Source: Euprymna scolopes
Lineage: Eukaryota
Length of the DNA stretch: 64,000 nucleotides
Assembly: GCA_053919585.1 (NCBI GenBank)
Contig: CM132796.1
Direction: 5' to 3' (one strand)
Shown: in pieces, positions 46,763-57,718 of the stretch
Numbering within the stretch: the stretch's first letter is position 1
Layout of the letters: each line of letters starts with the position of its first letter
Program-made: the position numbers and the translations under genes
The notes under the pieces: model-generated
What the model was told of the DNA's origin: nothing
Databases searched by the model: none
The model's input: only the letters and a program-made list of their open reading frames with translations

Positions 46763-48163
46763 TCAGCTATTTGTGTTTCGGGTATTTCCAGGTCTTTTGG
46801 GGGTGTGTGGATTGTACTCACTTTCCCAGTCGGAATCAGAGTCAGGGTTTTCGTTCCTAGGTGTTATGCGTTTTAGCAAAGAAGAGTTTCTAGTCATTTT
46901 GTGATTTCCTCTCTGCACCGTTATCATACTTCCCTTCATTTTTGTAATGGTATATGTTTTAGAATTGTATGGTGTTGACAGTTTGTTTTGTCTCTTCTGT
47001 CTGATCAAAACCATATCACCCAGGCTGAGAGTTGTTGTTTTTGCCTTTCTATCAGCGTACCCCTTCATCTTCTCTTTTCCTTTGGAGTCATTTTCTTTTA
47101 TTCTTTTATGTATCGGCCCTGTTACTGGGCTTTCGATACCATTTGGTATGCCGATGTTCATTTTTTGGCCCGTACAAGCTTCAACTGGTGATATTTTAGT
47201 GGTGGTATGGGGGGGGGCTCTATATTGCCTTAGGAAATGTGGTAACTGGGTCTTCCAGTTGTGGCCTTCCACCGTGGCTGCAAGAATGTATTTTTTTAAG
47301 GTGCGCATAAAATGCTCTACTTCACCATTTGCCTCCGGCCATAGAGGTGTAATGCGTCTATGTTTGAAACCTGCTTGTGCCGCTAAGTCTTTAAAGTCTT
47401 GTCCTTGAAATGGTGGATAGTTATCAGATTTTAGAATGGTTGGATATCCTTGTCTAGCAAAGATCATATTCAAACGGGGAATAACTGTACACGCAGCTAT
47501 TGAGTGTATTACCTCCACCTCAGGGAATCGGCTGTAATCGTCGATTATGACTAACACATAGTCACCTGATGGGAACGGACCTGCAAAATCGACTGAGATT
47601 TCAGTCCATGGTGCAACTGGTAGTAGTGAGGAGTGTATGGGTTCGCGGCTCATGTGCCTTGGGTCTGAGGCTTGGCAGGGAATGCATCCGTGTATTGTTT
47701 CCTCCACCAGTCTATCGATTCCTGGGAACCATACTTTTTCCCTTATCAGTTGTTTGGTTTTGACCATGCCCTGGTGAGATTGATGGGCTAAATCGACGGA
47801 TCTCTTTCTCAATTTTGAGGGGATTACAAGCGGATGTCCTCGAAGGACGAGACCATTGTGTGTTGAAATTTCATCCTTGAATAGGGAAAAACTTGACAGC
47901 TGGGGTTCATTCCATCGTCCATCTTTAACAGCACCCTTGACCTTTTGTAACTGGGGGTCCTGTACTGTGGCTTGTTTGACTTCCTCAAGAGTTAAAGATT
48001 TTGGTATTATATTCTTAGCTATATACCTTATGTAGGCTTCTGCTACATTGTTTTTAGATGGTATGTGTTGTGGGTAACGACTCAGATAGTCCACAGGGTT
48101 TTGGCCATCTTTCCCGGGACGGTATACCAGGTTGTACTGGTAGGGCATGAGGCGAAGACGCCA
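46763..48163 (-). mobile_element. Ty3/Gypsy pol fragment: end of RNase H + complete integrase, open frame
   Basis: WRLRLMPYQYNLVYRPGK...DYLSR; HHCC zinc finger (AHQSHQG...CIPCQ); catalytic VDFAGP / SDN / NGEVE. Confidence 0.95.
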
Positions 48164-48164
48164 G

Positions 48165-49515
48165 GGTTAAATCTTTGTTGTTATCGGTTTGAGACTTTTC
48201 ACAATTACAATTTCTTCTGGATGTTCACTGCGAGCATATAAGAGCGAGAATCCAAGTTCTTGGTCTTCTCAATTACCTGCTGATAAGGAGAGATGGCCTT
48301 GGTTCCCATGACAACATGGCCAAGTTTGGAGTCAATCTTTGCATCCAGATGGGCATTACGGATCAAGTTGACAATCCAGTGTTCAGCTTCATCGGGAGTC
48401 ATGTTCAGCTTTTCGGCCAGCATGTTGATACTGATGCACTCGTGGATACGGCAGAAGGTCTAAAAATGAGCAGTCGTGCATTCTCAATGAAATCATCTAA
48501 ACAGACAGTCAAGAAGAAATCATTAATAAGCACAGTTTCACATTATCGGAGTTTCTGCTGCGCTCCATCAAAATCAAACTTTACATATAGACATTCCACA
48601 AATTCTGTGATTGAGTCTCTGAAAGTGTAGGATTCTTGTTGGATGACTTTGACCAAGTCTTTCAGTACCTGTCGTCGCTGGTTTTTATTGGTAATAACAG
48701 CTGTTGTTAAATATCTCAAAATATGAGGGCAGACCGTCTGGATAGCATTCAGCTAGTTGTCCTGGTAAAGAAACAAGTCGATGATGAGATCGCGGCCTTT
48801 CGGATGATTGAAATAAACAAATAATGACCAGTGGACGAACCAGGCCCTTTGCTGGAGCGATTGCAAAGCAGAGTTGAAAGCCGCATTGCTATCAATGAAC
48901 TCGCGAAGCCGGTTCAAGTCATCAAGTGCCGCATCCCAGTTTTGCATTAGGATTTCCGAGGCCAGTTTCCCCCAGAGTGTACTCATGTACAACTTGTCGT
49001 TAGAAGGCAAAAGAGTGCGCACAAAATACAGATACTGTGCCGTGCCCGAATAATTACCGCACTCATATTGAAACTTAGCGTAATTGTATAATGTCTGTAC
49101 CATGTTATCGCTAACTTGGTGCTCAGTATGTAGGTATTCCATGAGCTGGACTCCATCTCTGGCATTTTCGATTTGCTTTAAAATATCATCTTCCTCCATC
49201 AGATTCGTTATCTTCTCGGTCTGTTCTTGGAGTTTCTTCAGTTGACCAACGACGTCTATTCTTTTCTGGCGGAGAGTGTTAGGGACATCTTGGTTAGGGT
49301 ATAGGCTCCTATGTACATCCATAGCAAAGTCCACCATGTTTGTGTTGCTGAGCAAGTCTAATTTTCCTCGTAACATTTCTTTTTCATCGTAAACTTCTTT
49401 GATAAGAATTCTAATAGTGGAAAGACCAGATGCTGGTCTAAATATTGGCCCATTCGGGTCGTCAAGTCAAAGTTCGCCATATTGGTTACGAGTAATGGCG
49501 GCGAAAAGGGAAGAA
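48165..49515 (-). pseudogene. EIF3E: Processed (intronless) pseudogene of translation initiation factor 3 subunit E (Int6), including the 5' UTR
   Basis: ATG at 49480 [27 protein letters not shown] through [24 protein letters not shown] and [14 protein letters not shown] to NIQKKL; no introns; frameshifts near 49401 and 48461, stops at 48755-48753 and 48545-48543. Confidence 0.97.
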
Positions 49516-49557
49516 CCGCGCAGGATCAAAAATTCGTCGCAGCTTTTTTTTTTTTTC

Positions 49558-49601
<44 letters not shown>

Positions 49602-50760
49602 CAGCGCCAATAATACAAAATGCAATCTTTACGTGACTATTAAGAGGATCGTTTTTGTTTTCAGGTCACAGTTCTTTTTTCGACTATATTACAAAAAAAT
49701 GAAAATGCAACGATAATTGTAGAGTGATTATTTTTTTTTTTATGTCGCACTCTTAGTAAAATGGAGTTGTCTCTCTCTTCCCAGTAACCTTGTGTAAAAC
49801 AGCGGCGTTTTATTAATGTTATCAACTTTGCTAGATTAAAATAAAAATTCGTCGCGTTTTTTTTTAATGGCTTGATTTAATAAATAAAAAAAAAATATCG
49901 CTATTAGTAGGGTCCTAAATTATGAGATGAAAAAAATGAAAGTATCTCTTAGTAAAATTGAGTTGTCTCCCTCTGCACATTAACCTCGTGTAAAACAACG
50001 CCGCTTGACCTTTCTTTTTTTATCTTTCAAAGACAATACAAAATTAGACGTAAGTATGACAAAATAATTATGATCAACCGCTTTTAAAAAACTATAGTTC
50101 TGTTTATTGTGTACGTTTATTCTCATAGAATAGCCGAATACAAAAAAATAAATAAATAAAAATAATAATAAAAATGAAAACCTTTTTAAATCGTAAATTC
50201 GAAAGAGGTTATCTCCCTTACATCATAGTCATTAAATAATATAACCTTAAAAAAGAATGCTAGTGTATTTACTTAGACAAAATGGTATGGTATAGCTGAT
50301 GTATAAACTACAGAATATTGCATACTTGTGTGGTTTCAGAAAAAAGAAGGCAAAGGTAAAGAAATATTTTCTTTGGGGGTGGGGGCGTTAAACTGTGTCA
50401 TACACACAGGCTGGTCCCCTTATGCTAAATAACCGTCTACTTACTTTTAATAAAAAAGAAAATGTTAATACAAACTGGTGCAACTTCAGTTTATGTTGAT
50501 AAGGTGTGATTTCTATTGAGATGTTAAAAAAATATTTTGAACGCATTTAGACAACAACCTAATGTTCATGATATGACACAAAAAAAAAACAAGTATAGAA
50601 TTTAAATAATTAATTTATTGTTTTTAATTAAAAAAAATGCTTATTTTGATTAATGAATTGACCAAAATAGTATATATTATAAACAATAAAAGAATGCTTT
50701 AATATTTTCTTTTCAAAAAATATTTTTCTTTTATAAATATAAAACAAACATTATCGCCAT

Positions 50761-51635
50761 TCCTTTTTTATGCAAAGGAGTCACCACTTATCAAGGCCCA
50801 AAGATTACTCGAGGAATTGGGTTGATAAATGTAAGGTGTTAGTTTAGTAATTGTAAATAATGTAGATAGGGTAGGATTTGGATTATTTCAGGAGACGGCT
50901 TAAAAAGAATTTGTTTACATTGGACTTGAAGGCTACAATATTTTAATCGGCTAAGAAGCAAGCCAATGGACAGAGTTTCACATTATTTTTCTTTTGCAAA
51001 GGAGTCAAAACTTATCAAGGCATAGGGACCACTCGAGGATAAGGGTTAATAAGTGTACAATGGAACAATGTTGTAGTAATTGTTAGTTGTGGAAATTTGG
51101 TAAAACATAAACGATCTGTTATCTTGCTTATGTTTTCTGTTCTGACTATGGGTTGATGTTTATACAATTCGTGAAGAGTTGTATTTATTTACATAGGAAT
51201 CAGCAGTTATCAAGGCTCAGAGATCACTCGAGGATAAGGTTTAAGAGTGTACAGTAGTCAATTGGACAATGTAGTAATTGTTAGTAATGGAAGTTCAGTA
51301 AATTTGTTAACTTAAGTGGAACGGCCCATCAAGAACTTGTTTACGTTGGACTTGAAGATAATCAGATTGTAGTCTGCTATAAAGCATGAAACCGGAAGAA
51401 AGTTCCACAGGCGTGCACTTCTAAGACATGTAATCTATGTTTAGGTTTAGGTTTAGGCACAGATAAAGAGTGGGGGTAATTATTAATTGTGTTTTCAGCT
51501 GGACGAGTGTTTTTTGTGAAATTTTGGCGATGGGGGACCATAAATTAAAGTTCATGAAAATGACGATAAAGCAGAGACAAATTCGCAACATCTCTTCTGG
51601 GAGATAGAGGTTGCAGGGAAGAGAAAAGGACAACT
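50761..51635 (-). mobile_element. Three consecutive truncated 3' ends of the CR1-group LINE
   Basis: Tail motif (ttatcaaggc...actcgagga) at ~50788, ~51012 and ~51207. Confidence 0.85.
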
Positions 51636-51648
51636 TACCCAGGCATAA

Positions 51649-52240
51649 ATTATATGAGTTATTCTTTGAAGTCTTCTTTAATTTGCTGCATGTAATTCAT
51701 TTGATATGTGTTTTGTTGCTTTTTATGAATTACCCATGCATGAATTATAAACTCTTTCGAACTATATAACTAGACCGACAGATGCTGACTTTCAATGTGG
51801 CTTACGTTTTTCTGACGTACTCGGAAGTCAAGCTTCTTTGCAAAGAAACTAAAAAAGAAAACCAATTTTGCAGAAAATACTTAAGTCAGCTGCATAGCGA
51901 CTGGCAGTAAGATTAATTTTTATTGAAGTATTATATTCATCAGTAAAATTAAACAAGATTATTAAAAGTTGAAGAAATTCGTTCTAAAATAAAATTAAAA
52001 AAAATTAAATCTGACAACCTTATTTAAATTGAACTGAATGAATAATTTTAAACTTTGAAATTTATCAGCCAACATTTTTAATCAGGAAATATGAAAGTTT
52101 AAGAACCCAAAAGAAACCAAAACGTACCGTACAAAATCCCTTAAAAAATAAACTGTTTATAAAAAGCAACCAGACACATATTGAATGAATTGCATGCAGC
52201 AAATCAAGGAGAACGCCGAAAGGAATAACTCATATAATTT
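51649..52240. repeat. Fold-back / MITE-like element
   Basis: aattatatgagttattc...tttgctgcatgtaattcatt inverted at ~52176-52240. Confidence 0.65.
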
Positions 52241-53364
52241 TAAAATATAATGATAAACAAAAAGGGGCAAAAATGAAAAATTAACAGAAAATAAACACAT
52301 CACAAATTCACAGAAAAGGGTAGGTATGTTTAAACACTAACAAAAAAGTTGAAGCGTTTACACAAATAAAAAAGAAAAAAATAACAAGAAAAAGAAAACA
52401 AGCAGCAAGTAGAACTGACAAAAAAGGTTCGACTTTACCAACTTTTAATATTTCAGTTTCTTTGTGTAAACGTAGAAATACCGAATTAACTGAATATGCG
52501 CAACAGAATTTGGATGAAACTAACCGATGATATTACTAAAGAAACGCAGACATTAACACTTGAGCTACGATGGTATTTTTACACACGTTGCCTACGATGG
52601 GTGTGAAGTTTTTTTTTACATCACATAAAATCAAGTCTAGAGTCTTTGAAAAATAATTTTTTATCAAAAAACAATGCAAACATTCAAACATAAGTTTCAG
52701 TTATTGATTAGGGCAAAGAAGAATTCCATAATTCCATTGTTGTAGTTGTTTGTAATAGAAAACTAGGTGTTAGAAATTAACAGCCAGCGTAGCTTAAGTT
52801 GTAAACGATTGGCGATAACATCATACAAGGTTCAAAATGCTCATAAACGCCACTCTAATCACATGTACACGCTAGACATAGATCGACGCCATTTTCGATG
52901 TATTCGATCTCGGCCTACCCCAACCAATGCAGGAAGAGCAATAATCGGGCAGAAAGAGAAAATTCACCAACCAGTGACTATCGACACAAAGTGGAAAAGA
53001 TATGAACAGACGAAATGAACTCTTCCGAACTATATGAGTAGACTGAGAAGTACTGACTCTCGGTGGGGTCCGTGTACGACGAAAGTACACGAGAGTCGAG
53101 ATCCAGTCCAACAAAAACTGAACCATTTCGATGACCTTTTCTGCTTTTGGACTAATGCAAATGTACTAGGTAGCCCTTGGAAGTCCACCCTCCCAGGCCG
53201 ATCCTCTCAACTTTCAGAAGAAGCAAATTTATTGCTTGTAGTCTGAGGCGCCTTTACCAAAAAATACCAACGGGGCTTTTCAGACTTATTTTTGCAAGTC
53301 CAGAGTTCTCCCATTCTTTCTCACCTTCCGACTCTGTGTTACATCCTCTCGCACTGAAACAGAG

Positions 53365-53401
<37 letters not shown>

Positions 53402-53453
53402 AGGGGGAAGGGGGAAGGGGTAAATGCTGTGGCCTGTGTTACTTCCTAGTATA

Positions 53454-55017
53454 CACAGGCGGCAAACAGAAAATCCGCATTGAACTTTTTCAAAAACTGA
53501 AAATTAAAGCTAAATTTAATGCAACTGCTCAAACAAACTATAACTCATTTGATTCGCCTTTTATTCATCTATAATTTTACCTGTTCATATTTGACTTTGA
53601 TTGAAATATTCTAGTATTCACGTTAATTTAAAAAAATAACTTCATATTGAGAAGGCAAAAAGAAAGTCTGCACAATGGAAACTGTATGTAACTTTAGGAC
53701 AAATGCAACACAAATACAACAGGAACACAATGGACTAGTTAATATTTAGTAGCATAGCCGTTCTGCAATTTTACGGCCTGCAATCTTTGAGGAATTCCTT
53801 GAATTAGACTGCAGCAATACTCCAGGAATGGGCATCCAACTTTTCTTTCATTTTTTCCAAAGTTCTTCCAAATTTAAAATTTTATCATTGCGTAGCTGTT
53901 ACTTGATGTAATGCCATACGTTTTCGAGAGGATTGAGGTCTTCAGATTGTGCAGACTAATCCAAATACGGAATATCATGCCCTTCCAGGAACCTCTTGAC
54001 ATTGTCATTTGTGTGAATGGGAGCATTATCCTGCATGAAGATGAGATTATCATCCAATTCCGACCAAAGTGGGGTGGAAAATACTTAGTCAACATATTAA
54101 TGTACTTAATTATTCGACCTTGCAAGCGAACTATAGACCCTCGACCATTGGTAATAATAATGCCCAACACCAAAACTGAACCTCCACCACCTTGCAGCGG
54201 TGAAACTGAGCACCTAGGATAACATTCTTTGTCTTTCCTCCGACGGACGTACTGCCTACCATCACTGACTAGCCTATTGGAATTGCTTTCGTCTCTAAAA
54301 AACTCTTTTGGCCAATAGGAAGGGTCATGATCTTCATTGCATCTGACGAAGTCCAGACGGCGATTTCTGTTCTTTACAGAAATCATTGCGTCTTGCAACA
54401 TATCCTTGCAAATTAAGTTCCTTTAATCTGTTCTTGACAGTAGAAAGAGAGCACTTTTTAACAAGATTGCACTGTTGTTGGATTTGGGGAGCCGTTTCAA
54501 ATCTGTTTGTTAGACTTCAGATCTTGATAGAATTGTCTTCTCTGTTAGAAGTAACTCTAGTACGACCAGATTTAGGGGCATCACGAACACCGCCGGTGTT
54601 TTGGTGCTTTTGCACAGTTTTTCGTACCGTTTTCTCGTCACATTTCAATCTGCGGCCGATTTATCGATTGGATAAACCAGAAAAGTGAAGATTAATGAGC
54701 TTCTGACGATCACTGAGAGAAAGTCGTGGCATATGGACTAAACGATACGTTGTATAACCTGGAACAACAACAATTATTATTAGAGATGCTTTGTTGCCTG
54801 TTGGTGGATATTTTAAACTGATTTAGGGGCGATAAGTAAAGCTAGTTTTAAGCGAATTTATTGCTGTGAACTTTCTTTTTGCCTCCTCAACTTGAAGTTA
54901 TGTTGTTGTTTTTTAAATTGACGTGAATAATAGAATATTTCAATTAAAAGTCAAATATGTACAGGTAAAATTATAAAATTATAAATTCAAGTGCAGACTT
55001 TCTTTTTGCCGGCACTG
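53454..55017 (-). mobile_element. Decayed Tc1-family IR/DR transposon (transposase ~54732-53740)
   Basis: TA flanks; TIR cagtgccggcaaaaagaaagtctgcac with inner repeats at ~53654 and ~54865; translation MPRLSLSDRQKL...KSGRTRVT...GGGSVLVLG; many stops and frameshifts. Confidence 0.88.
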
Positions 55018-55914
55018 TATGTAAGTCAAGGTTCCGGTTTCGACAATCAGTTCAGTAGAAACTAGGCAATTTAAATGGAATTTTTGCTGTCGAACTAATG
55101 CAAATTTTCTGGGTAGCCCCAGGAGATCAAACCTCCTAGGTCTTGCCTACCAGACTTTCGGAAGAGAAATTATATTGCTTGAGGTCTAATGCGCCCTCGC
55201 TAGAGAATTCCGACGATACTACTCAGACTTATTTTGCAGGGCCAGAGTGGTCCTCCTCTTGGGGTCCTGGCTCGGTTTCCCACATTTCAACCTTGTGTCA
55301 AATCCCCTTGTGGCGAGAGAGATGTAGTACCCCATCTTGGTGTTTCGTGCTACGATTGTTGCTCTTTGTATTTTCGGTTAGGTTCATTGACCTATCTAAA
55401 CCATATCTGTATCCATATCTTCCTTAGTGACTCTTTTAGGCGACAGCAAAAACGTTGTAAAAGTAAATAGATTAAAAATATGAATGTTATTGTAGGAATA
55501 ATATAAGCGACTATCTGCCAATCTTACTGATTCTTCATTCCACTTAATGTTCGTTAAATTGATATCTGCTCATCTGTTATTCCAGCCATCGTTAATACAA
55601 AATAAGGAATTTATAGTAGCTAATCAGAAAGCTTTTGACATGAACAAAACATGTAGTTATAGGGAGCCATCCTTGCTTAGTTTGAAAATATTGAGCACCT
55701 CATGTACTATATCGAGACTGAAATACAAAATAGCTGTGGCACAAATGACGTGTTATATGGAAAATTCTTCCAACTGAAGTGAGTTGTGGCAGCAACGCCA
55801 GATTCAAGATTCTTTTGACTTCCTGTAATAATGATTATCTTAAAAGAAAATGTCCAGAAGAACCATTTTAAAAATCGAGGAAAATATTACGTACAATTTC
55901 GGAAAGCAGGTAGT

Positions 55915-56231
55915 GTTATAATATAAATCTCACCTGCCTCGTTAAATGTATGTGCGTATGTATGCATATACGCCTAAAACTTTCGACATAGGCGACAAAT
56001 GTTCACGATATTGGTATAATCTTTAAGCTTGGCCCCTCGGACGACAAATATCGAAAAAATTGGCTAAAAACATTATTGACTTCGCCCTAAACTGGCCACT
56101 TTTCTACATGGAGGGGTCGCTTTTTTCGTTGATATTTTCGGAAGTCATCTCCACTTTTCGATTGACTAACCTTAATTTAAACCATTCGTCACTTCCGGTT
56201 TGGCGATAAGCGATAAAAGCAAAGGCGTAAC

Positions 56232-56303
<72 letters not shown>

Positions 56304-56428
56304 GTTCTTTTAATCCTTCGCAGTACGGGCTCGAGCTTGCCTTCCTACTACCACTTTCTTTCATTTTTTTTTTTTTTTGCTCAACACACACCTCCAAACA
56401 CCTGGGCAACTCCGGACACCCAGGCTAG
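55915..56428 (+). mobile_element. Non-autonomous Helitron (sister of 17861-18437)
   Basis: Shared body; 3' gggcaactccgg + CTAG|T. Confidence 0.8.
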
Positions 56429-57114
56429 TTGGTATATAGAGCACTGCCAGGGGATGCTATGTTATCTGAACGATTATTATTATGATTATTATTATGATCG
56501 TTTTTAATGTTTAGAAATATGTATCAAGACGAAATATGTTTAAGGATGAAAATATGGTGGAAATGTATCAGAAATGTTAACGTAGAACAAACAAAAATGT
56601 TAGAACGTAAACAATGGAAATATGTTTTTATTGATAGCATCAGGTGATCTTAATATTACACGAGTTAATGGCGTAACAGGATAGATTGGTTATATACGTA
56701 ATCAGGTTATTTAGAGCTTCGAGTCATACTGGAAAAGTCGGACAAGTTAACGGGAAATTACCGTCCCGCGTTTTGGAAGCTGGGAAAAACACGACTTTAT
56801 CATAATGTAGACAATTAGAACATCTTACAGTTCCGATGGGAAGTCAAGAATAAACTTATCATTCAAACACTACCGTGTTCGGATATATGATTAAGTGTCA
56901 GTTTTAGTCATTTAATAATTGCTTGAAACCTTCACCGCTCAATCATTTTTCGACCAAATTGCAAACAATTATTACAGTTTATAGAGCACTTTCTCAACTA
57001 TCTTGTGAAAATGAATGTAAATTTTCGTTCAGGAAAACAAAAGTTATGATGAATTTACTGGTGTTCAAAATCGTAAAAATTCGTATGGAGAAGAGCGGCG
57101 TTTTTTTATGACTG

Positions 57115-57176
57115 GTTTCCATAGTAACCACGTCACGTCAGCGACTACTGTTGCTACCAATTCACTGCTCTCGCGA
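57115..57176. promoter_or_regulatory. Candidate promoter: RFX X-box with CRE-like and TCTCGCGA motifs
   Basis: GTTTCCATAGTAAC (57115-57128) fits GTHNYY-AT-RRNAAC, followed by CACGTCACGTCA, GTTGCTAC and TCTCGCGA in a CpG-rich patch not repeated in the window. Confidence 0.5.
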
Positions 57177-57718
57177 AAAGCGAAGTAGCAAGTGAAACAA
57201 AAAGAATGAAAGCATGAAAAGGAGGTAATTTAGAGGGATTTAATGAACGACGAGTTCCGTACATCGTTATAACATATTTGTTTGTTATGTTTAGAATTTT
57301 CCATTACACCAAATTGAGCCACAGCAANNNNNNNNNNNNNNNNNNNNNNNNNNNNNNNNNNNNNNNNNNNNNNNNNNNNNNNNNNNNNNNNNNNNNNNNN
57401 NNNNNNNNNNNNNNNNNNNNNNNNNNNNNNNNNNNNNNNNNNNNNNNNNNNNNNNNNNNNNNNNNNNNNNNNNNNNNNNNNNNNNNNNNNNNNNNNNNNN
57501 NNNNNNNNNNNNNNNNNNNNNNNNNNNNNNNNNNNNNNNNNNNNNNNNNNNNNNNNNNNNNNNNNNNNNNNNNNNNNNNNNNNNNNNNNNNNNNNNNNNN
57601 NNNNNNNNNNNNNNNNNNNNNNNNNNNNNNNNNNNNNNNNNNNNNNNNNNNNNNNNNNNNNNNNNNNNNNNNNNNNNNNNNNNNNNNNNNNNNNNNNNNN
57701 NNNNNNNNNNNNNNNNNN

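Larger units (their letters stand above)
44217..50004. mobile_element. Old fold-back MITE-like host element (arms ~44217-44495 / ~49530-50004) carrying nested insertions
   Basis: ggcgctgttttacacaaggtcac...agacaactccattttactaag and tctacaattattgttgcattttc...ctcttaatagtcgcgtaaaga recur inverted at 49620-50004. Confidence 0.7.

Noticed and set aside
48205-49480. Functional eIF3E gene
   Set aside because: Two frameshifts, two internal stops, no introns, and fusion to Gypsy sequence.
49503-49530. Spliced-leader sequence on the retrocopy
   Set aside because: No SL I recognise; the sequence is explained by a pyrimidine leader plus target-site DNA.
46407-49600. Canonical two-LTR retrocopy of eIF3e
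   Set aside because: No second LTR or PBS upstream of eIF3e; the PBS-looking ctgcgacgaa at ~49533-49542 belongs to the host MITE (also at ~49848-49856).
51781-51910. Alternative last exon for the receptor (MLTFNVAYVF...)
   Set aside because: Poor acceptor, inside a fold-back element, and the gene already ends at 41446.
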